A DNA stretch of 64,000 nucleotides from the human T2T-CHM13v2.0 reference genome, Homo sapiens: NCBI RefSeq assembly GCF_009914755.1, contig NC_060928.1. One strand, written 5' to 3'. Each line of letters opens with the position of its first letter. The stretch's first letter is position 1. Below, in pieces: positions 54,073 to 64,000 of this stretch. The notes beneath the pieces are model-generated. The model was not told the origin of the DNA and made no database searches. It saw only the letters and a program-made list of their open reading frames with translations. Position numbers and translations under genes: made by a program.

Positions 54073-55881
54073 AATAAGAAAAACTTTTGAGCATGCATTT
54101 CCAATATATGCTATTTAAAACTTGAAAAGTATGATCTGAAAGCTAATTAGAAATAGAATTCCTAATATTTTCTTTTCACATACCAATGGATGGTCTTAAA
54201 CATCACCAGGATGGTGGGTCTGAATTGGGAGACTACTGTGCTTTAGACCACCAGATTTTATTCTTAAACAAACTAAAAATAAGCATCATTGAGCAGTTAC
54301 TTTTTTCCAGGAACTAGAGATGGACACAGAAAAGAATGCAACAATGTCATTGGCCTTAAGGAAGATTTATCCAAAGGAAAGAGCACAAAAGTTCTGAGAA
54401 GAATTACTTTGGAAGTAGAAAGCAGACATCAGAGAGCATAGGAGAGAGAATGTAGTGGGCAGAGCTACAGAGTTATTGAAATAATCTAAGAAGCAGGCAT
54501 TGGGAATAACAATAAGAATAAAGGGAAGAAGGGAGAGTGAAAAAAGACAAAAATTTGGGAAAAGTTTGAGATGAACTTCTACTTTATAAGATTTACCCAC
54601 AAGGCAAATTTTAGCCAATCTCCACATCTACCCATGAAATAATAGCTTATATTTATAAAGTAATAGCTTAAATTTGTAAACTATTTTATGGGTGGGAAGT
54701 AGTCTCACATATTTACTTCATTAATTTTATTTATTTTAATTCTCAACATAATCCTATGGGATGGGTATTAATATTCCCTGGTAAATGAAAAAAACAAAAA
54801 CAAAACCTGAAGCCTAGATACTCATTCTCTCACATCTAGACGTGATGCAAAAGAATCTAGAAACATTTATCTCTCTGGGCCTGGAGCTGATTTTCACAGA
54901 CAGATGGGTGAGAACCTTCTTGATTTTGAAAGATAACAGCAGTTCTATATGTTAAACATCAGATGAGCAACCAGCTAAAACTACAGTCTTAGGAAAAATG
55001 AGTTAGCATAAGAAAGGCCATATGGTTTGGTAAATTATACAGACAATATTTTGCCATGTGTATCACAAAGCTTTTACCTGTTCAATGGAACACTCCACTT
55101 AGTGTGTCTAGTGTTAACAGACATTTTCACTTAACAAGATGAATGATGTAAACCTATAACTTCTTAATGAAATGTGGGATCTTTATCCCACATTTTATAA
55201 TGAATAAATTTTAAATGGATAACTAAAATACTTGTACTTAGGAATAATAGTAAAGTATCGGAATGAACTGAAATACAGGAAATCAGAATTTGATGGAGAA
55301 CAAGGTAATAAATAAGGACTAGATTTAGGGAAGTATTGTGTTCAAAGTCAAACTCCACCAAGTCATAAAGGTGGGAACTGGAGAAGTTAACTTACATCTT
55401 TATCTCAGAGAGCATTGGAAGGCTCAAATATGATAATAAATGGGCAAGTGCTTTGGAAATTTTTTCATCCGAAAAATATTTATTGCATCAGGACACTGAA
55501 TATACAAATGTGAAAAATATAGACATTGCCTCTGCCCTCATAGAGCTTATAGTCTTAAAACAAGTATTTATTGAGTGACTTTTACGTGCCAGGCACTGAG
55601 ATAAATTCGGCTACTGCTCTTGCTGTCTAGGTGCTTAGAGTGGAGAGGAGAAATACACAAGCCACAATTACGGGCAAAACTACAACAGGGGAAAGTACTG
55701 GGAAGAAGAGAGGTGCCTTGTACTATTACAGGGATTTCATTTCAATTGAGAAATCACTTGAATATAGTTTTGAAAGATGATTAGAATAAATGCAATTGAG
55801 GGCAGAAAGCAAATGGTAAACTTTCCAGGGGAAACAGCAAATACAAAGGGAAGGAGCAGGATCTATATTCCAAATGGGAAG

Positions 55882-56975
55882 TGCTATAAACCGAATGTTC
55901 GTGTTCCCCCTACACACATGTTCAACCCTAATCTCCAGTGTGATGGCATTTGGAGACAGGGCCTTTGGGAAGTAATTGGCTCAAGAGGGGGCCCCATGAA
56001 TGAGATTAATGCTATTAAATAAAAAGACAAGAGAGAGCTTGTTTGACTACTGATATGATTTGGCTCTGTGTTCACACCCGAATCTCATGTTAAATTATAA
56101 TCCCCAGTGTTGGGAGAGACACCTGGTGGGGGGTGATTGGATCATGGGAGCAGATTTCTCCCTTGATATTCTCGCGATAGTGAGTGAGTTCTCATGAGAT
56201 CTCATGGTTTCCAAGTGTGTGGCACTTCCCCCTTCACTCACTCTCTCTGCTCCACCATGAGATGTGCCTTGCTTCCCCTTGGCCTTCCACCATGATTGTA
56301 AGTTTCCTGAGGCCTCCCAGCCATGCTTCCTATACAGCCTGAGGAACTGTCAGTCAATTAAACTTCTTTTCTTCATAAATTATCTAGTCTCAGGTAGTTT
56401 TTTATAGCAGTGCGAGAACAGACTAATACAACTACCCACCCCGCTTCTCAACCATGTCAGGAAACTAGAAAGAGGGCCCTCATCAGAACACTACATGCTG
56501 TCACCCTGATCTCAAACTTCACAGCCTCCAGAATGGTGAGAAATAAACATTTGTTGTTAAGCCACCCAGACTATGGTGATTTGTTGTAATAGCCCAGACT
56601 GACTATGAAAGAACTTGGTAACAAGAAGTGTGGTGCTGCCTTAACAAACCAGAACATGTGGAGGCAGCTTTGGAGCTGGGTAAAGGGTAGAGACTGGAAG
56701 GGTTTTGAGGTGCATGCTAGAAGAAGCTGATATTGCTAGGATGGGATGTTTTATATGATTCTGGTGAGATTTCAGAAAGAAAAGTGGAGAGCTGCAGAAA
56801 AAGCCTCTGTCTTCTCAGAGAACGCATAAATAATCATGTATGTAATGTTGATAGAAATATGAACATTTAAAGGCCATTCTGTTGAAGTCTCAGACAGAAA
56901 AGACAAGTTATCGAACAATGGAGAAAAGGCTCCCTTTGCTATAAAGTGTCAACAGTTTTAGCTGGTTGCTCATCT
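55882..56975 (+). mobile_element. MLT1A-like LTR plus start of MaLR internal sequence, with a nested MSTA
   Basis: LTR ends ~56610 (cagactgactatga); internal start gaacttggtaacaagaagtgtggtgctgc...atgtggaggcagctttggagctgggta. Confidence 0.8.
56051..56430 (+). mobile_element. MSTA-like solo LTR nested in MLT1A
   Basis: tgatatgatttggctctgtg ... gaacagactaataca; TSD ACTAC at 56046-56050 and 56431-56435. Confidence 0.9.
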
Positions 56976-57330
56976 GATAAATTTAACATAGAGAACTGCA
57001 ATAATCTCTCAAAATGAAAGAAGAGCTTCACACATTTGACTGAGAAAATTAACCCCGGGCCCAAAAAGAAAAATGCTTCCCAGTTCTTCTGCATCACTTC
57101 TAGCTGTAAGATAGGATTTTTAAATGTAAGTCTTCTGAAAACTATGTGTAAATAATTATCACTTCTATCTTTACATACCAAGGTTAGAAGTGATAAAACC
57201 GAATGCCAGTCAATTATGTGGTCAATTTTTAAGAAAAACTTTGACTGGTTTGTACTAGATTGAAAACTCCACCCTAATGAGAAGTTAGATATGCCTAAAG
57301 CTCACCATTTAAAATGTGAAATATTTTGTA

Positions 57331-59336
57331 TTGAATTTGTAGATTGCTTTTGGCAGTATGGTCATTTTCACAGTATTGATCCTACCCATCCATGAGCATG
57401 GGATGTGTTTCCATTTGTTTGTGTTGTCTTTGATTTCTTTCAGCAGTGTTTTGTAGTTTTCTTTGCAGAGGTCTTTCACCTCCTTGATTAAGTTTATTCC
57501 TACATTGCTGAATTCATTTACCAGTTCTAGGAGCTTTTTGGATGATTCTTTAGGGTTTTCTAAGTATATGATCATACCATCAGCAAACAGCAACAGTTTG
57601 ACTTCCTCTGGATGCCCTTTATTTCTTTATCTTGTCTGATTGCTCTGGCTAGGACTTCCAGTACTAAGTTGAATAGAAGTGGTAAAAGTGGGCATCCTTG
57701 TCTTGTTATAGTTATCAGGGGGAATGCTTTCAACTTTTCCCCGTTCAGTGTAATGTTGGCTGTGAGTTTGTAATAGATGGTTTTCATTACCTTAAGGTAT
57801 ATCCCTTCTATGCCTATTTTGTGGAGGGTTTTAATCATAAAGAGATGCTGGATTTCGTCAAATGCTTTTTCTGCATCTAATGAGATGATCATGTGATTTT
57901 TGTTTTTAATTCTGTTTATGTGGTGTATCACATTTTATTGACTTGTGGATGGTAAACCATCTCTGCATCCCTGGTATGAAATCCACTTGATCATGGCGGG
58001 TTATCTTTTTGATATGCTGTTGGATTTGGTTAGCTAGTATTTTGTTAAGGATTCTTGTATCTATGTTCATTAAAGGCATTGATCGGTAGTTTTCTTTTTT
58101 TGTTATGTCCTTTCCTGGTTTTGGTATTAGAGTGATAATGACTTCATACAAATTCAATGTAATTCTCATCAAAATATCACCACCATTCTTCACAGAACTA
58201 CAAAAAGCAATTTTAAAATTCATATGGAATCAAAAAAGAGCCTGGATAGCAAAAGTAAGACTAAGAAAAAGGAACAAATCTGGAGGAATTACATTACCTG
58301 ACTTCAAACTATACTATAAGGCCGTAGTTACCAAAACAGCATGATACTGGTATAAAAACAAGCATATTGACCAATGGAACCCAGAAATAAAACCAAATAC
58401 TTACAGTCAACTGATCTTTGACAAAGCAAACAAAAATATAAAGTGGGGAAAGGACCTCTTATTCAACAAATGGTGCTGGGATAATTGGTAAGCTACAGGT
58501 AGAAGAACCAACCTGGATCCTCATTTCTCACCTTATACCAAAAAACACTCAAGATGGATCAAAGACTTAAATCTAAGACCTGAAACCATAAAAATTCTAG
58601 AAGATAACATTGAAAAGTCCCTTCTAGACATTGGCTTAGGCAAAGACTTCATGACCAAGAACCCAAAAGCAAATGCAACAAAAACAAAGATAAATAGATG
58701 GGACGTAATTAAATGAAAAACTTTCTCCATAGCAAAAGAAATAATCAGTAGAGTAAAAAAAACAACCCATAGAGTGGGAGAAAACCTTTGTAATCTATAC
58801 ATCCAACAAAAGACTAATATCTAGAATCTACAAGGAACTCAAGCAAATCAGCAAGATAAAACAAACAATCCCATCAAAAAGGGGGCTAAGGATATGAATA
58901 GAGAATTCTCAAAAGAAGTTGTACAAATGGCCAACAAACATGAAAAAATGCTCAACATCACTAATTATCAGGGAAATGGAAATCAAAACCACAATGCAAT
59001 ACCACCTTACTCCTGCAAGAATGGTCATAAACAAAAAACTAAAACATAATAGATGTTGGCGTGGATGTGGTGAAAAGGGAACACTTTTACACTGTTAATG
59101 GGAATGTAAACTAGTACAACCACTATGGAAAACAGTGTGGAGATTCCGTAAAGAACTAAAAGTAGATCTACCATTTGATCCAGCAATCCCACTCCTGGGT
59201 ATTTGCCCAGAGGAAAAGAAGTCATTATATGGAAAAGATACTTGCACATACATGTTTATAGCAGCACAGTTCACAATTGCAAAAATATGGAACCAGCCCA
59301 AATGCCCACCAATCAACTAATAGATAAAGAAAATGT

Positions 59337-59397
<61 letters not shown>

Positions 59398-59856
59398 CAT
59401 GGAATACTACTCAGCTATGAAAAGGAATGAAATAATGGCATTTGCAGCAACCTGGATGGAATTGGAGACCATTATTCTAAGTGAAGTATTAAATAACTCA
59501 GAAATGGAAAAACAAACATCGTATGTTCTCACTTATAACCTATGAGGACCCAAAGGCATAAGAATGATACAGTGGACTTGGGGGACTCAGGGGAAAGGGT
59601 GGGAGGTGGGTGAAGGATGAAAGACTACACATGGGTACAGTGTACACTGTTCAGGTAATAGGTGCACCAAAATCTCAGAACTCACAACTAAAGAACTTAT
59701 TCATGTATCCAAACACCACCTGTTCCCCAAAAACCTACTGAAATAAAAATAAATAATAAAAGTATATTTGTTGCAGTTATCATCATCACTATAATACATC
59801 ATCACTATAATACATATATTATATATAATATTTTTTATTATCTGCTTAAAAATAAA
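57331..59856 (+). mobile_element. 5'-inverted L1PB1-like insertion (inverted RT segment 57331-58145, sense segment 58146-59760, 3' extension to 59856)
   Basis: Minus-strand RT peptides ([26 protein letters not shown]); plus-strand ORF2 C-terminus; L1PB-type 3' UTR; 20-bp TSD AAAATGTGAAATATTTTGTA at 57311-57330 and 59857-59876. Confidence 0.92.
59339..59392. repeat. (TA)27 microsatellite inside the L1PB
   Basis: Perfect TA run. Confidence 0.95.
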
Positions 59857-60126
59857 AAAATGTGAAATATTTTGTAAAGGAGACAGAAGCAGAGAGATGA
59901 TACCTTAGAATGAGAAAAAGAGAATGGAGAGAGAAAGCTATCTTTTCCTACCGAAAACCTTATGATTTTAGTCAGTAATACTGTCAATTAATTAAATTAA
60001 GTTTCCATAGAATGACACTAACAGCTGCCTTTTATAAGTGGTTCCTATTTACCAGACACTATACATACATAATATAGTTTAAACTCACAAAAACTGTCAG
60101 GTAGGTATTATTGTCATTTTACCAAT

Positions 60127-60680
60127 TGTAATGGTTAATTTTATTTTATGTGTAAACTTCACTGGGCTAAGGGATGCCCAAATAGCTGGTAAAACATTAT
60201 TTCTCTGTGCATCTATGAGGGTGTTTCCAGAAAAGACTAGTATTTGAATCAGTAGACTGAGTAAAGAAGATCTGCCCTTACCAAATGTGTATGAACATCA
60301 TTTTTCCTAACAGAACAAAAAGGTGTAGGAAAAATAAATTCTCTCTTATTGAGCTGAGACATCCATCTCTTCCTGACCTTGGACATTGGAGCTACTAGTT
60401 CTCAGGCCTTTGGACTTTGGAACTGACACAGTGTACACCCTCCCAGCCCACCTGGTGTTGTCAGTCCTTCAGACTTGGAGTTAGATCATTGGCTTCCTGG
60501 TTCTCAGGCATTCAAACTCAGACTGAATTACACAACTGGCTTTCCCATTCTCCAGCCTGCAGATGGTAAGTCATGGGACTTCTCCGCTCCCATGATCATT
60601 TGAGCCAATTCCCATAATAAATTTCCTATTTTATATATCCTATTGATTCTGTTTCTCTGGAGAACCCTGATTATTATACA
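60127..60680 (+). mobile_element. MLT2B-like ERVL solo LTR inserted in a MIR
   Basis: tgtaatggttaatttt...ctgggctaagggatgcccaaatagctggtaaaacatt ... tctctggagaaccctga; TSD CCAAT at 60122-60126 and 60681-60685. Confidence 0.88.
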
Positions 60681-61210
60681 CCAATGTCAAAATGGAGGCT
60701 CCTTAGCAAGTGAGTAGTTTGTCTGAGGTCACAGAGATAGTAAGGCCTGTGTACTTGACACCATCCCATGCTGTCTTCCCATAAGGAAGATTCCACCAAA
60801 ATGTCTCACATGGAACATGGCCATCATGCAGTGTGCTGTGTTGAACTGTAGCCCAGCGAGCTCTTAATTCAATACCTTGTAAAGCAGTGTTTCACAAACA
60901 AGGTAATGCTGGAGGAGGATTTTTCCATGGGGAAAGAGTGTTTTGGCTTTGTTTCTTATCTTTGCACTTTCTACCAGTTACACAGATAAAGTTCACTAGA
61001 AAACTTTCCACCACAGTTAATGTAGAAAAACATGCCTTGTAAACTGGAGAGGAGAAGGGGTACGAGACCAAAGTCCACGGTCTCATTTTTGAGGTGAGGA
61101 AATCTTTTGGTTCCACTCAAAACAAGAGTCTTTCAGTTGTCCAGCTTTCTAAATTTAACTTAGGTAGGTTTAAAATACTCAGGGAGCACTCAGTAAATGT
61201 TAAGTGACTC

Positions 61211-61769
61211 CAACCTTAACAAAGAAGGAAATCTTGTCATTTGGGACAACATGGATGAAATATGCTAAGTGAAACAAGCCAGGCACAGAAGGACAAATGC
61301 TTCATGATCTCACTCATAGAAGTGGAGAGTAAATGGTGGTAACCCAAGGCTGAGGGGAAGGGATGGGTTGAAGAGATGTTGGTCAAAGGGTACAAAGTTT
61401 CAGTTACATAAAAAGAATAAGTTCAAGAAATCTATTGTACAACATGATGACTATAGTTAATAACAAAGAAATGTATTCTTGGAAATTGCTAAGAAAGCAG
61501 ATTTTAAGTGTTCTCATCACAAAAAAATGACAAGTATGTGAGGTAATACATATGTCAATTAGCTCAATTTAGTAATTTCACGATGAATACATATCTCAAA
61601 ACATTTGGTTGTACACAATAAACATATATAAATTTTAGTTGTATGCAATAAACATATATAATTTTTACCTGACAATTAAAAACAAGTAAATGGGAGATTT
61701 CTGAACCTATTCTGGTTCAGGGACTGCCTAATAAAAATAATGACAATGAGTAAACAACAAAGAAAAAAG
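61211..61769 (+). mobile_element. L1MA 3' end with an extended tail
   Basis: gagatgttggtcaaagggtacaaagtttcagtta...; TSD GTTAAGTGACTC at 61199-61210 and 61770-61781. Confidence 0.85.
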
Positions 61770-62108
61770 GTTAAGTGACTCAAGCTTACAAAGAATTGAC
61801 CTTAGAAATTTCAATTATACCCATCGCCCAAAAGATTAATCAAAGGATGCTGTTGACAAATGATTGTAATCTGAATTAAATATATAAGATGGCAAAAGTA
61901 TAACTAATACCTCAAATAGCATCAAAGAATAATTTTCTATAAATACTGTCTGAGAAACACATCAAATCCTTGAAACTTAAAATTTAGAAAATTGAGAAAA
62001 GTTACTCTGGGCAAACCATTGTCACTTAAATATTTCTTGATCAAGTGCTGAAGAACTAAATAGAACAACTCTAAGAATATTAGGAAAAGACTATTTTTGA
62101 CTGTTTCA

Positions 62109-62570
<462 letters not shown>

Positions 62571-63043
62571 AAAGAGGTGAGCACACGGTTACTTTGAGGA
62601 AAACAAAGATGAAACTTCACATCACATTCCAACAAGTCACAGCTTGATCTCTAAGCTTTGCAGTCAAAAAGATTTTATATAAACATGAAGTACTTCTACT
62701 GTCTCCCAAAGCCTATCCCCTGATCAGTCCTCAGCTTAGAACATTGACCAATTACACAGCTCACACTAGGCTGATCTCAGATTCTCCTCTGAACTTCTCT
62801 TAGGGAGAACCTGCTTTCTGAGGACATTCCCACACTCAGTTCGCTGGGCTGTTGTCCATTTTTCATTAGCCTCAAAGGTTTAATGGCAACTCCATCACCA
62901 AAATATTAATCACACAATGAAGTTACAGATTTTCCAACATTCTTGAGCAAGATGTGCTAAGACTTATGTTACATTTGGCCCACGTTCACATTCTTTGGTT
63001 CTATTTAATCTCAATTAATTTCTGTAAATTCCTCATTTGCATG

Positions 63044-63103
63044 CTCTCTCTCTCTTTCTCTGTGTGTGTGTGTGTGTGTGTCTGTCTGTCTGTCTGTCTG
63101 TCT
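63044..63103. repeat. Compound (CT)n(GT)n(GTCT)n microsatellite
   Basis: Directly visible. Confidence 0.92.
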
Positions 63104-64000
63104 ATGACAAATACACCTGAAGTTAAGGGGAAAAAGTAAAGATGTTTGGGCCATAGCATGGGCCTCTCCTAAGCCATATCTGCAGTCAGGATAACAAAGA
63201 AAATTAGCATGTTATATAACGAATATGTCTGAAAACTGAATTAGAAAGATATCCCTGTTACCTAAGGAAAAGCCACTCACAGTGGCTCTCTGACTTTTTT
63301 TAATTTATGGAGACAAAAATATTTCTACTTTACTGAATACTGCATATAGAAATTTAATAAGCCAAAACATGCCCTCCTATTTAAAACCAATTATAATTTT
63401 TGTTGAAAACCATTATCATTCAAATTGTTGCATACATATATATAATACATTTTACTACTTTATGAAGAGGAAAATTTAAATATTTACCATTTATCTAAAA
63501 TGCCTGTTCACATACATAAAATTATCATGTAAAAACTAAAATTTCTCTTTATTTAGAATGCAAAACATTCAGGATTTAACAACTGGCATATAAAAATAGT
63601 AATGACCCTACTAAAGTAAATTTAAAAGATATCATTTCTATTTAAATGTCATCACATTTAGGCAAATTTGACAGATTGCCTCCTCACAGAAAAACGTTTA
63701 GGCAGTATATGGATTTAAAATACATTATATTGTAGGCTAGGAGTCAAACATGTTAATTATCTAGCATCGTTCCTCTACAGAATGGATTTCTCCAGCTTCA
63801 ACATGCCTCATGCCCCCATTTAGAGACTAATGCTATTACCTGTCTGTAAGCTAATATTCAGGTGAAATGAGGTAGTTTGGTGACCTAAATTATCTTCTAA
63901 TACCCTTAACCTTTAGCTGGTAAAAGCTTAGCCTAACAACATGTCAAATGAGGCCTAGTTCTGGCTGTAATGAAATTTCCACCTCATGTAAGCCTGTAAC

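Noticed and set aside
57309-58344. Reverse transcriptase-like ORFs
   Set aside because: Frameshifted, truncated and partly inverted L1 ORF2 fragments; not functional.

Overview
This is hominid, most likely human, non-genic DNA (intergenic or deep intronic), AT-rich and CpG-depleted. The species call rests on a full-length SVA and an AluYa5-lineage element. I found no protein-coding exon, RNA gene or CRISPR-like array that I can support; the long ORFs in the track come from Alu, SVA, L1 or low-complexity sequence. Most of the window is layered transposable elements: Alu, L1PA/PB/MA/MC, HAL1, L2, MIR, MaLR and ERVL LTRs, Tigger3, MADE1, MER5A and MER58B. The most notable structures are: (1) a near-complete fossil hAT (Tip100/Zaphod-type) transposon at ~44.4-51.3 kb, with MER91-like ends and readable transposase motifs, split by five younger insertions; (2) a full-length SVA whose target site appears three times; (3) a 5'-inverted L1PB with a 20-bp TSD and an ~87-bp 3' transduction; (4) a tiny LTR-like retroposed fragment in an L1MA tail; (5) an ~830-bp polypurine tract with a 140-bp internal period. 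Subfamily names come from my recall of consensus sequences and need RepeatMasker/Dfam confirmation. I see no convincing evidence of a new biological system.
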